NCBI GenBank assembly: GCA_963843575.1
Contig: CAWJKZ010000010.1
Location: forward strand, 128,001-192,000
Length of the DNA stretch: 64,000 nucleotides
Direction: 5' to 3'
From: an uncultured Acidobacteriota bacterium
GTDB lineage: Bacteria; Acidobacteriota; UBA6911
Shown in pieces: positions 42,485-52,852 of the stretch. Below the pieces are notes generated by a model. The model was not told the origin of the DNA. It searched no databases and was given only the letters and a program-made list of their open reading frames with translations. The number at the start of each line of letters is the position of its first letter. Position 1 is the stretch's first letter. The position numbers were made by a program, and so were the translations under genes.

Positions 42485-43138
42485 ATGGTCAGATCGGCGG
42501 GGGCTTTGAGTTTGTGCGTGTGCACGTTGGCGATCGCGGCCTGGGGTGCCTGCGCGACGCCACAACAGAACACGACGGGCATGGCGGAAACCGACGCCCG
42601 GGTGCGCCGGTTTCTCGACGAACACAGGGGCATGTGGCGCGACCTGAACATCCCGACGGCGGACGGGCAGACGATGTTCGACATCATCACAAAGCACAGT
42701 TACAGGTCCGCTCTCGAAATAGGAACTTCGACGGGGCATTCGGGTATCTGGATCGCCTGGGCGCTGTCCAAGACGGGCGGGAAGCTGATCACTGTCGAAA
42801 TAGACAATCAACGGCACCAGGAGGCGCTCGGGCATTTCCAGGAAGTCGGGCTTGCCCGATATATTGACGCACGCCTGGGGGACGCACACGAGATCGTGCC
42901 GAAACTCGAGGGACCCTTCGATTTTGTCTTCAGCGACGCCGACAAGGACTGGTACGTGCAGTACCTGCAGGCCGTCCTGCCCAAGCTGACGCGCGGCGGC
43001 TGCTTCGTGGCGCACAACGTTTCGGAACGGGGCTACGGTTACAGCCGGGAGTTTCTGCAGTACCTGCGCGGCCTGTCCCAGCTCGAAACCACCCTCGATA
43101 CGCGAGGGGCGGGCATGTCGGTGAGCTATAGACGGTAG
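42485..43138 (+). CDS. Class I SAM-dependent O-methyltransferase (CCoAOMT/TrmR-like) with N-terminal hydrophobic leader
   Basis: LEIGTSTGHSG, TVEID, GDAHE, FDFVFSDADK, VAHNV. Confidence 0.88.
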   Translation: MVRSAGALSLCVCTLAIAAWGACATPQQNTTGMAETDARVRRFLDEHRGMWRDLNIPTADGQTMFDIITKHSYRSALEIGTSTGHSGIWIAWALSKTGGKLITVEIDNQRHQEALGHFQEVGLARYIDARLGDAHEIVPKLEGPFDFVFSDADKDWYVQYLQAVLPKLTRGGCFVAHNVSERGYGYSREFLQYLRGLSQLETTLDTRGAGMSVSYRR

Positions 43139-43165
43139 GCTGCCCGGGCGGGGCGGCGGCGCGTC

Positions 43166-46100
43166 TCAATGCGCCCTACAGCTTTGCGCTCCCGGCGAGG
43201 AGGCCTCACGGAAGAGTGCGGCAAAGAGCTGCTGGAGCAGCGACGGCCGCTGTCCGAGCAGATCGAAAAGTTCCTCGCGACCGATCCTGAGAGCAGTCCC
43301 TTTCCTGGTAACCCGCGCGCGGCGCCCCAGCGGGATGCCGGCGAGGGTTTCGCACACGGCGATGGCGTCGTTCGGTCCAGCCGTCAAGGGCGGTTCGCCC
43401 AGCGGCGATTCGAGCGAGACTTCCCCGGACAGCAGGACGTAGAGCGCCGGCTCGTCGGCCTCACCGAAGAGTAACGCGCCCGGCGCGAGACACTCCTCTT
43501 CGGCAATGGTGGCGAGGCTGATCATCTCTCCGGCGCTGATCGAGACAAATAACGGCACCGATTCCAGCGCCACCACCTTGTCGATCGGCTTCAAGCTGCC
43601 GTTTTCGGCTGCGGCGCACGCGGGGGTCCCCCTCCCTCTGAACACCGCGCGGCCCGGGTGAGACGCCTCCGTCCCGCACAGCATTGCGAACAGGCCCGCG
43701 ACCAGTTCGGTGTTGTCGGCCAGCATCGTCCTGTACTGGTCGCTTTCCAGGGCAAGGCAGATGGCAGGTTCGAGCGTCGAGATCGTCTCACGCATCGGCC
43801 TCGCCTCCAACACCTCCTGAAAAGCGAGCGCGGCAGGAGAACCGGTTTCGCGGCCGACTCCCACAGACGGCGTCGAGACAACCCGGCCGTCGAGCAGGAA
43901 TTGCAGGTGATCCGGCAGCGAAGACTCCCGGTAGAGCACCTTCCCCCGTTCGTAGCATGTCTGGCGGCCGGCGGCCGCGATCCGGAACAACTCGTCCACC
44001 GTCACGAACGCAAACAGCGGCAGACCGCGCAGACGTTGGGCCAGTTCGACGACCGGCAGGATCTCGTTCCCGGGTCTCCTCCGAGCCTCGGCCGCATTGC
44101 GGGCGTGTGCCAGGGTCCAGGACACGGCCTCGGCGACCGCGGGGTCCCGGTCGGGTCTGACGGCAGGAAGCCGCTCGAGTTCCCGCAGCATGAGCGTGCG
44201 ACGCCGTTGTTTCACGAAGTACACCGCGGCGGCGGCGATGATCGGGTCGGTGTCGTTGAGCAGCCGGATGAGCGCATGGTCCGATCCGAGGGGGGCTTTC
44301 CCCACGATTTGCGACCTGTGGTTCAGCGCCGGGTCGGGCGTCGGCTCCTCCAGGACGGGCAACAGCCGGCGCCTCATCTCCCCCTTCAGGACGTTGTCGA
44401 GGTACTCCAGGGCGCTGGCGCGGCCCCGGACGCTGTCGTGCTCGATCGACCAGCGTACCGCGGCGATATCCTTCCATGGATAGATCAACCCGAGCAGCCG
44501 GTAGACCCGGTCCATGGCGCGCCCCATCTTTTCAGACAGGGCACGAGCCAGCAGACTGTCGTCGGGCCCCTCGGAGGAGAACAGGGCAGCGTACAACTCC
44601 AGGTAACGCACGTAACAGCCGGCTTCCTTGTAAGTGAGGGCCTCGACCGGCTCCTGGGGGAAGATCAGCTCGTGGCGGGTGCGCCGCAGCTTCTCCAGGG
44701 CGGCGATAACCTTGAAGCGCAGGAAGCTGTCCTGTTCCTGGAGCGCATCGATCAGGATGTCCACCGACTTCTGGCAGGGGATCAACGCGATCGTCGCGGG
44801 AATGTGCCTCCTTATCCAGACATCTTCGTCCGGATCGTGCAGGAAGTGGCCGAGGATGCCGAGCACGGCCTGGCCGTTGCCGACCAGCGCTTCGCGTGCG
44901 TTCCCTTTCAACCGGCGGTCGCGCAGCAGCGAAATCAAGGTCGGGACGAAGATGAAGTCGGTCAAGCCCAGGTGCCGGACACTGCGCATCGCCTCTTCGG
45001 CGACGTCGCCGTCCGTGTCGTGCAGCAACGGGATCAACAGTCGCCGGAAATGGGGTTGAGGCATGTGCCGGATGGCCATGGCAAAATCGCATCGCACCTC
45101 CGTTCCCGCCTCGCTGGTGTCCGAGACGAGGCCGGTCAGGACCCTTTCCGACGCCGCCGCGTCCTCCTCGCTCGGGCCCGCGCTCAGGATCATGGCGGCC
45201 ATCAGGGCAATCCGGGGATCGCTGTCCTGCAGGTGCGGGCGGAGCAGCTCGTAGACCCTTTCGTCGCGGACGCCAGCCAGGGCCCCTATGGCTGCGGCGC
45301 GCACCTCGCGTTGGTCGTCGCGCGTCAACCGCTGCACGGCGGGAAGCCAGCGCAGCATGCCGTCGGGCGGCGCGGCGGCGAGCAGGTTCAGTGCGCGCAC
45401 CCGCACGGCCGCCGCTTCGTGGTACAGCAGAAGCGGCGTGATCAGGTGTCGCTTGTCGAGCGACTCGAGGATGTCGATCGCATAAATGACGCGACGCTCA
45501 TCGGGGCTGGCCAGCTCCTGGATCAGGGTCTCCACCGTGGACAGGTCGGCGATGGTCAGACGGATTTCCGCGGGCTTCATTTCCCGGGTCTCGATGCTGT
45601 GCCTGAAGGCTGACATATAGCCGTGCCGCGCCCGCACCGCCATGAACAGCCAGAGCGCGGTCATCACGATGCTGGCATAGCTGATCTGCTGCCAGTTGAG
45701 CCCCAGGCCCCACGGCTTGATCAGGACCAGGAGCAGGACTGCACCCAACCCCTTCGCGAACCGGTCCACCGTGACGTCGACGAACGGCTTGGCTTCGAAC
45801 TTGAGACTGGAGGGGAGAGGCATGTAGAGGATTTCACGGGTCGTCTTATCCACCGTGTACCGCAGCGACTGATCCAGCACGCGGGCCAGACCCGGCGCCC
45901 ATAGGGCCGCGTTGAACAGCATCACCACGGCCGTCGCCCCGAGGCTGATCGGCAAAAGCATCAGAGCGAACCCGATCCCCAGAAACCTGTGGATCCTGCT
46001 TGTCAGCACCACCTGGATGAGGAATCCGATCGCCGACGTCCAGAGCTGCACTCTGGCCAGAAACCCGGTGATGGCGTTGGTGGCCTCCTCCCCGTGCGAC

Positions 46101-46883
46101 GAGGCCGCCGCCATGTTCAGCTGCTGTTCGATGATGGCGGCGCCGATCGCGGCGAAACTGATCACCAGCGCGATGGTCTGCAGGTGTTTCGATTCCCGTG
46201 AGCAGCTGGAAAGCCCTTCTGGGTCCGATGCCACGCTCCTCCTGTGCAGCCGAGCGCAACGCCTCCTCGCTGAGCGGCTCCCTGCGGATCACCAGCGCCA
46301 CCACGGCGACGCACAGGAGCATCATGCCGCTGCTGACCAGCAGCAGGTTTACCGTCCCCAGGCTGTACGCGTACCGGTCGGTGATGAAGGAACCGACGAT
46401 GCCGCCCAGCGACGACCCTCCCCCGACGAAACCGAAGAGCCGTTTGGCCTGCCTCGGGTCGTAAACAAGGTTGGCCATGGTCCAGAACTGGCTGATCAGC
46501 AGGATGCCGAGGATCAGGCCGAACAGATAAAAGGCGACCGAGACCCACCACGCATCCGTCCGGAACAGGAACCAGAAACCTAGCACCAGGCCTGCGGTCC
46601 CCGCCTGGCTGATGGGAATCGCCCACCGGTGCGGCAGCCGCCCGAGCAGCCACGTGTACCCGGTCATGAGCAGGCCGATCAGCAGGCCCGCCGCCAGCTG
46701 CACGTAGGGAAGGTTGTCCGCACCCAGTTCCGAAATGAATTTGGACCGGGTGACCGGCTTGATCACGTTGTAGCTCGCCATCGCCAGGAGCGAATAGCAG
46801 AACATCAGGAGGGCGGTCACTGTCTCGTGGTCGCGCACCTGGGCGACGGTCCCCAGTAAGGATTTGAATCGAGGTCGGATCAT
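43166..46883 (-). CDS. Npt1/TLC-like MFS transporter fused to HEAT repeats and two cNMP-binding-like domains (~1238 aa), frameshift near 46199
   Basis: N-part: YNVIKPVTRSKFISELGADNLPY, SQFWTMANLVYDPRQAKRLFG. After removing one base: LRYTVDKTTREILYMP, DRFAKG, HEAT repeats, LRGLPLFA and LESVPLFVSIS cNMP-like starts. Confidence 0.78.
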
Positions 46884-46969
46884 AGCCACCCGGAAGAAAT
46901 CGGGACCGATTCTAACCCAGCCGGGAACCGCGACGTTAGGCCTATCCGCGGCGGCCAGAACAAGAGACT

Positions 46970-46991
46970 CCGCGCTGAAGCCCGGAACCAC
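46970..46991. repeat. Single REP-like copy (same family as 32271/32350)
   Basis: Reverse complement is gtggttccgggcttcagcgcgg. Confidence 0.55.
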
Positions 46992-47156
46992 CTGACGGCA
47001 GAGTTGACCCGGTTTTCGACTCAACCGCGGGCCGCTCAGGGGCGTCAGGAATTTGCATTGTCGCAAGCGTTGCCGAGAGGTAAGATTTCGGCTAAGTTTT
47101 TTGTCCAAGCCTGAAGTACTTCAATCGACGCGGGGCACAGAGAGGAGTGCAGGTTC

Positions 47157-48077
47157 ATGAAAATCCTGGTCACCGGGGGTGCGGGGTTCATCGGTTCGCA
47201 CGTGGTCGAGGCGTTCCTGTCCGCGGGCAACGAGGTTTGCGTGGTAGACGACCTATCGACCGGATCTCGCAGCAATCTCCCCGCCGGGGTCAAGCTGCAC
47301 GAAGTGGATATCCGTGAACCCAAGCTCAACGCGGTCTTCGAGCAGGAGAGGCCGGAGGCGGTGAGCCACCAGGCCGCCCGCGCCAACGTGCGGGAGTCTT
47401 TTGAAAAGCCCTTGCTCTATGCCGACGTAAACGTCGTCGGATCGGTCAACGTGCTCGAGTGTTGCCGCCGGAACGCTGTCCGCAAGGTGATATACGCGTC
47501 GACCGGGGGGGCAGTCTATGGCGAGCCCCAGTTTCTGCCGGTTACCGAAGACCACCCCGTTAACCCGCTCGATCCGTACGGGGCCAGCAAGCACCACGTC
47601 GAGCACTATCTGAAGCTCTACCAGGCCAACTTCGGCATGACGTTTACCGTGCTGCGTTACCCGAACGTGTACGGTCCACGTCAGGACCCGCACGGCGAGG
47701 CCGGGGTGGTCTCCATCTTTACCGGACAGATGCTGACCGGCGGTCGACCCGTAATCAACGGCGACGGTGAGCAGCAGCGTGATTTCGTGTTCGTGTCAGA
47801 CATTGCGCAGGCCAACTTGCTCGCCCTCGAACGTGGCGACGGGGACATTCTCAACATCGGGAGCGGGATCGGCACTTCCGTCAACGTCGTCTTCGACGTC
47901 CTGGCCAGGCTGACCGGCTTCAGCGGGGGGCGGGTGCACGGACCGGCAAAGAAGGGCGAGGTCAGCCGGATCTTCCTGAACGCCCGCGCGGCCTCGAAGT
48001 CGCTGGGCTGGACGCCGCGCACGTCCCTGGAGGAGGGTCTCGCGTCCACGGTCGACTATTTCCGCGGCCGCATGTAG
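47157..48077 (+). CDS. NAD-dependent epimerase/dehydratase (UDP-glucose 4-epimerase-like SDR)
   Basis: TGGAGFIGS, STGGAVYG, YGASK, LRYPNVYGPRQ, RDFVFV. Confidence 0.92.
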   Translation: MKILVTGGAGFIGSHVVEAFLSAGNEVCVVDDLSTGSRSNLPAGVKLHEVDIREPKLNAVFEQERPEAVSHQAARANVRESFEKPLLYADVNVVGSVNVLECCRRNAVRKVIYASTGGAVYGEPQFLPVTEDHPVNPLDPYGASKHHVEHYLKLYQANFGMTFTVLRYPNVYGPRQDPHGEAGVVSIFTGQMLTGGRPVINGDGEQQRDFVFVSDIAQANLLALERGDGDILNIGSGIGTSVNVVFDVLARLTGFSGGRVHGPAKKGEVSRIFLNARAASKSLGWTPRTSLEEGLASTVDYFRGRM

Positions 48078-48098
48078 GGTCGTCCGGGGACCGATCGC

Positions 48099-48875
48099 TC
48101 AGGGCCCCGTGAGGGCGCGACGCACCGCGTCCGCCAGCCCGGGGGCGCACGCCACGATGCCCGTGAGGAGTGGAGCTCGACAGTTGAACTTCGGCGCGCG
48201 CCAGTCGAGGGTGCGGACGGTGCCGCCGGCCGCCTGCACAAGGGCCGTCCCGGCCGCGACATCCCATTCGTGTTTCCCGGCGAGGGTCCAGGTCGCGTCC
48301 CCAAGCCCCGCAGCCACCAGGCCCATCTTGTAGGCAACCGAGCCCACGGCTCTTATCCTCAGCCCAGCCTTTTCAAACCGCGTCCACTCCCCGCGCGCGT
48401 ACTCGCTGCGGCTCGCCAGGACCGTCGCGTCCCGCAGGTTGTCCGCCGATGAGGCCGCGACGGCCCGGCCGTTCAGCGATAGTCCGGAACCGACGGCGCC
48501 CACGATCATCTCGTGCGTCACGGGATTGTACACGCCGCCGGCGACGGCAGCGCCATCCTCCGCCAGGCCGATCGAGACGCACCACTCCGGCACCCGCGCA
48601 ATAAACTCATTCGTGCCATCCAACGGGTCCACTATCCACACCCGGCGCATCCGGAGGCGATCGTCCGAGAGCTCGTGTTCCTCAGAGAGCCAGCCTTCCC
48701 CGCGCCGCAGCAACCGGGCGCGCAACATGCGGTCGACGGCGATGTCCGCGTCGGTCACGGGGCTCCCGCCGGACTTGTACCGGACCTCGACTTCCCGCGA
48801 GGCGAACCGACGCAGCATCTCGCCCGCCTCGTGGAGGGCGTCCGTGATCAGGCTCAAGTCGTCCTGTCGCTGCAT
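48099..48875 (-). CDS. Inositol monophosphatase family / CysQ-like phosphatase
   Basis: PVTDAD, LSEE, WIVDPLDGTNEF, EWDVAAG. Confidence 0.9.
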   Translation of the reverse strand: MQRQDDLSLITDALHEAGEMLRRFASREVEVRYKSGGSPVTDADIAVDRMLRARLLRRGEGWLSEEHELSDDRLRMRRVWIVDPLDGTNEFIARVPEWCVSIGLAEDGAAVAGGVYNPVTHEMIVGAVGSGLSLNGRAVAASSADNLRDATVLASRSEYARGEWTRFEKAGLRIRAVGSVAYKMGLVAAGLGDATWTLAGKHEWDVAAGTALVQAAGGTVRTLDWRAPKFNCRAPLLTGIVACAPGLADAVRRALTGP

Positions 48876-48947
48876 GGAATGAATGCGACCGCGCCGGCAG
48901 TGAGCCGGGGCCGTGGGGGGGACGGCCGGCCAGCCCCCCCCGCTTCT

Positions 48948-49508
48948 TCATTCGACGGCTCCGTCCATAAATGCGTACACCATGATGTGGGTCATGACGA
49001 AGAAACAGTCCTCGAGGCGTCCCATGTGGGTGTTCGGGACCCCGAGGGTCAGTGCGGCCATATCCTTCAGCCTGCCCCCTCCGGCCTGAGTCAACCCGAT
49101 CGTCCGGCACCCGGCCTGGTTGGCGTAGTCGACCGCGTGAAGCACGTTCTTGCTGTTGCCGCTCCCGCTGATGGCGATCAGTACGTCCCCCGGAGCGGCA
49201 AAGTTCCTGAGCTGCTCGACGAAGACGCATTCGTAGTCCACGTCGTTTGCATACGCCGTAATGGTCGCCACCGTGTCGGTAAAACTGATCACTTTGAAAC
49301 GGGTCGGGTGGCCGTAGGAAGCGCCCTTCAGCATGTCGACGACCATCTGCGAGCATATCGAAGCGCTCCCGCCGTTGCCGCAGAGATAGACGCTCTTGCC
49401 CGCGTCCCGCGCCGCGCGCAACCACTCGATCGCCGTCCCGACCGAGGCCGGGTCGAGCCCATCGATGGTTCTCTTCAGGTCAGCCAGGTAATCCGAAACA
49501 AATCTCAT
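48948..49508 (-). CDS. SIS-domain protein, GmhA-like phosphoheptose isomerase
   Basis: CGNGGSAS, TAYAND, ISGSGNSKNV; GGAG RBS before ATG 49508. Confidence 0.85.
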   Translation of the reverse strand: MRFVSDYLADLKRTIDGLDPASVGTAIEWLRAARDAGKSVYLCGNGGSASICSQMVVDMLKGASYGHPTRFKVISFTDTVATITAYANDVDYECVFVEQLRNFAAPGDVLIAISGSGNSKNVLHAVDYANQAGCRTIGLTQAGGGRLKDMAALTLGVPNTHMGRLEDCFFVMTHIMVYAFMDGAVE

Positions 49509-49524
49509 GCCCGTTCTCCAGAGT

Positions 49525-49876
49525 GTGAGCATCAGTACTTAGTACAATACGCTAATGTTTCCAGGACGCGGATTTACGCGGATTGCTACCTGGTGGCAGG
49601 CCGCGCCCGGCATTCCTCCCCGAGGGCTGCCTTTGGCACGCATCAAAACCCGGCTCCCACAGGAAAACGTGGACCTTGAATCGAAGCGGCATCCTTCCAA
49701 CCGCGCGCTTTCCTGCGGGAGCCGGGCTTTGATGCATCGGCGCGAAGCGCCGGCCCTCGGGGAGGAATGCCGGGCGCGGCCGATCCGCGTGAATCCGTAA
49801 AACCCGGGAAGATCCGCGTTCTGCTGTTGTCAATCGGTGATCAGCTCCATCCCAAGAATACGTCAGCGTACTTGCG
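49525..49876. mobile_element. Inverted copy of the 7527-7740 MITE family carrying a nested 183-bp palindromic insert (49599-49781)
   Basis: Shares caggacgcgga, acctgg, cgatccgcgtgaatccgt and aatacgtcagcgtactt with the reverse complement of 7532-7735; the insert has a perfect 29-bp outer IR and a 27/30 inner IR. Confidence 0.78.
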
Positions 49877-50088
49877 AAATGTTCGGCCGTAAATAGACTA
49901 CAGCGCCGCAAGTCGGGGTTTCAGTATTTTCCTCGCCGCCTCGCCGAAGGGCCGAGGATAGTCGCGGCTCCCCTGCGCCGCCTTTCAGGGCTTGGACAAG
50001 CAGCCCCCGATGACGCACGCGCCGGGTCTTCTTGCCCGAGAGGGCCGCGAGTGCAAACGAAACCGGAAAACGCGGTGGCTCTCCGGTG

Positions 50089-51357
50089 TCACGACCGCAC
50101 ATGCGAAGGGTGCACGAACCGGAACTCGCTCGACGCGGCCAACCGCTCGTAGGAACCGAAACTCCGATCGGGATCCTCGATGGAATCGAGCGGATCGGGA
50201 CAGTCGTCGCCGGGCAGGTACACCCTGAGGGTGGCGTAGAGGGTGTTCCGTTGCGCCGGGGTGCGGCCGAGGTCGCGGATGCAGCGGCGCAGCTCGGCGG
50301 GCGGGAGCATTTGGCCGAATTGAGCCCCGGCCGTGGTCGAGATGCTCTCGTTCATGAGGGTGCCGCCGAAGTCGTTGGCACCGGCGGTCAGCATCAGCTG
50401 CGCGAGTTTCGGCCCTTCCTTGACCCAGGAAGCCTGGATGTTGCGAATCGTGCGGCCCAGCATGAGGCGCGCGATCGCGTGCATGCGCAGCACGTCGGCC
50501 CCCGAGGCGCCGCGACGCACCCCGGGCAGGAGACGCCTCCTGTACATGGGCGCCTCCTGGTGCACGAACGACAGTGGCACGAATTCCGTGAACCCGCGCG
50601 TCTCGCGCTGAATCGAGCGAAGCAGGTCCAGGTGCCGGACCCAATGGCCGGGCGATTCGATGTGGCCGTACATTATGGTCGCCGTGGTCGAGATCCCCAG
50701 GGCGTGGGCCGCGGTAACGACCTCAACCCACTGCTTCACCGAAATGCGTCCCGGCGCGATCCGGTCACGTATGTCCTGGTCTAGAATCTCCGCCGACGTC
50801 CCCGGGAGGGTTCCCAGGCCCGCCGCCTTGAGTTCGGCGAGGTAGGCCGAAACAGGGACCGCCGCGCGCACGGCACCGTAGAGCACCTCTTCAGGGGAGA
50901 AGGCGTGGATGTGAAGTTGAGGCACCGCGCGTTTGAGCGCCCGCGTCAGGTCGATGTAGAGCCGGCCGTCCATTTTGGGGGGCAGCCCCGCCTGCAGGCA
51001 TACCTCCGTCGCACCGAATTCCGCTGCTTCCCTTGCCCGGCGCACGATTTCGTCCACGGGGAGAAAATACCCCTGATCCTCCCGATGATCGCGGCTGAAG
51101 GCGCAGAAACCGCAGTGCTTGATGCAGACGTTGGTGAAATTGATGTTACGGTTGACCACGTACGTGACCAGATCGCCCGCCTCACGGCGCCGGAGCTCGT
51201 CGGCGACCAGGGCCAGCGCCTGCAGTCCGCTGCCGCCGGCCTCGCACAGCTGCAAGGCCTCCTGCCACGACAGTTCTCCTCCGTCGAGTGCGCGCCGCAG
51301 GAGAGCGGCGACGTCGCGGTCCAGATCGCGGGGAAGAGAGATGAGATCGTCACGCAT
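50089..51357 (-). CDS. cofH: FO synthase subunit 2 (radical SAM)
   Basis: NRNINFTNVCIKHCGFCAF, HAFSPEE, LPGTSAEIL, TIMYGH, FTEFVPL, NIQASWVKEG, GANDFGGTLMNESI; overlaps the cofG stop. Confidence 0.9.
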   Translation of the reverse strand: MRDDLISLPRDLDRDVAALLRRALDGGELSWQEALQLCEAGGSGLQALALVADELRRREAGDLVTYVVNRNINFTNVCIKHCGFCAFSRDHREDQGYFLPVDEIVRRAREAAEFGATEVCLQAGLPPKMDGRLYIDLTRALKRAVPQLHIHAFSPEEVLYGAVRAAVPVSAYLAELKAAGLGTLPGTSAEILDQDIRDRIAPGRISVKQWVEVVTAAHALGISTTATIMYGHIESPGHWVRHLDLLRSIQRETRGFTEFVPLSFVHQEAPMYRRRLLPGVRRGASGADVLRMHAIARLMLGRTIRNIQASWVKEGPKLAQLMLTAGANDFGGTLMNESISTTAGAQFGQMLPPAELRRCIRDLGRTPAQRNTLYATLRVYLPGDDCPDPLDSIEDPDRSFGSYERLAASSEFRFVHPSHVRS

Positions 51358-52522
51358 GTTGCACTGCTCCTGAAGCGTCCAGGGCCGCTTGCATTTCCCT
51401 GACCCGCGGCTGCAGCCCCGGGTCGAGGAAACCCGGGTACTCGGTGAACTCGGGGTAAACCGCCAAGCGTTCGCGCAGGGTAAAGCCCTCTTCCGCGCAC
51501 GTCGCGGCCAGGGCGCCGATCTGGGGCCAGGCCGCCTCGGGGTTGATGTAGTCGCGGGTCACCGGGGAGATTCCGCCCCAGTCGTTGATCCCCGCGCGCA
51601 GCAGCAGCCGGTAGGCGGCCGGACTCAGGTTCGGAGGAGCCTGGATGTTCGTGTCGCGCAGCAGAAGCCGCGCCACCGCCACCGTCCGGGCCATTTCGAG
51701 GTCGTCGGGTTCGGCAAAGCCAGCCATCCGGGTCCCGGGCTTGGCTCGGAAGTTCTGGACAATCACCTCCTGGATGTGGCCCAACGCGTCCCGGACGTCG
51801 CGTATCGCGATCAGGCTGTCCACGCGTTCGGCGCGGGTTTCGCCAATGCCGACCAGGATCCCGGTCGTGAACGGGATCCGCAGTTCTCCGGCTTCGCGCA
51901 GCATTCGGAGGCGCAGGGCCGGCTCCTTGTCGGGGGCCGAGAAGTGTGACCCTCCTTTCAGGCGCAGTCTCGGGCTGATGCTTTCGAGCATCAGCCCCAT
52001 GCTGGCGTTCACCGTCTTGAGACGCCTCATCTCCTGGAGATCGAGCACGCCGGCGTTGGTGTGCGGCAGAAGACCGTACTCGAGTGCGATCCCGCAGGCG
52101 ATCTGGAGATAGTCGACAGTGGTTTTGCAGCCGAACGAGGCGAGGGTCTCGCGGTAGCCAGCGTAGGCGCGCTCGGGCCTGTCGCCCAGGCACACCAGCG
52201 CTTCCTTGCACCCTTGCTGTGCCGCTGTCAGCGACCAGCCATGGATTTCCTCCGGCGTCATGGTCCAGGCGTCCGGATCGCCCGGGTCCTTCCTGAACGT
52301 GCAGTAGGAACAGCGGTCGGCACAGAGGTTGGTGACGGGCAGAAAGACCTTGCGCGAGTATGTGACGGTGCGGCCTTTCAGCCTGTCCCGGAGATGGCCT
52401 GCGGCCTGCAGCAGGCGCGGGAGTTCGTCGTCCCCGGATTCCGCGAGACGGTAGCCGTCCTCGACCGACAGGCGCCCGCCGGCGAGAGCGTTCTCGAGAA
52501 TCTCATCGATAGGAGCAGCCAT
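51350..52522 (-). CDS. cofG: FO synthase subunit 1 (radical SAM)
   Basis: TYSRKVFLPVTNLCADRCSYC, LLPHTNAG, SMGLMLE, PFTTGILVGIGE, HIQEVIVQNF, IQAPPNL, AGINDWGGISP. Confidence 0.92.
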   Translation of the reverse strand: MAAPIDEILENALAGGRLSVEDGYRLAESGDDELPRLLQAAGHLRDRLKGRTVTYSRKVFLPVTNLCADRCSYCTFRKDPGDPDAWTMTPEEIHGWSLTAAQQGCKEALVCLGDRPERAYAGYRETLASFGCKTTVDYLQIACGIALEYGLLPHTNAGVLDLQEMRRLKTVNASMGLMLESISPRLRLKGGSHFSAPDKEPALRLRMLREAGELRIPFTTGILVGIGETRAERVDSLIAIRDVRDALGHIQEVIVQNFRAKPGTRMAGFAEPDDLEMARTVAVARLLLRDTNIQAPPNLSPAAYRLLLRAGINDWGGISPVTRDYINPEAAWPQIGALAATCAEEGFTLRERLAVYPEFTEYPGFLDPGLQPRVREMQAALDASGAVQHA

Positions 52523-52852
52523 CGGACCTCCGCTACATTATAGCGGACGGCCGTTGCACACTGCAGAGCGAAGGAGGGCCCTTTTGACGGCGTCTTCGAC
52601 GGCGCGGACCGACCTCGGACTTTCAGAGCGTTGTCGGGCAAATCCCGCACGTGATTGCTGCTGCATTTTGAATCGCATCCCCATCCTCCACCGGTGACAG
52701 GTTCCGGGGCCGTCCCGAGCCGCGTCGAGACGAGCGGCCGGCTCGCGCCGGACCACATAAGCGATTGACAAAGCGGAGCGGCTTGTGGCCGAATTTCGGT
52801 TATTTCTGTCGGAGGTGAGAACAGTCGTCCGGCGGAAAGAGGGGCATTCCGC

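Noticed and set aside
47157-49508. Epimerase + phosphatase + GmhA-like gene, with the distant kinase/nucleotidyltransferase fusion, as an NDP-heptose pathway
   Set aside because: The genes are on different strands and about 12 kb from the fusion; the phosphatase is IMPase-family rather than GmhB, and the fusion motifs are GlmU/GalK-like rather than HddC/HddA-like.
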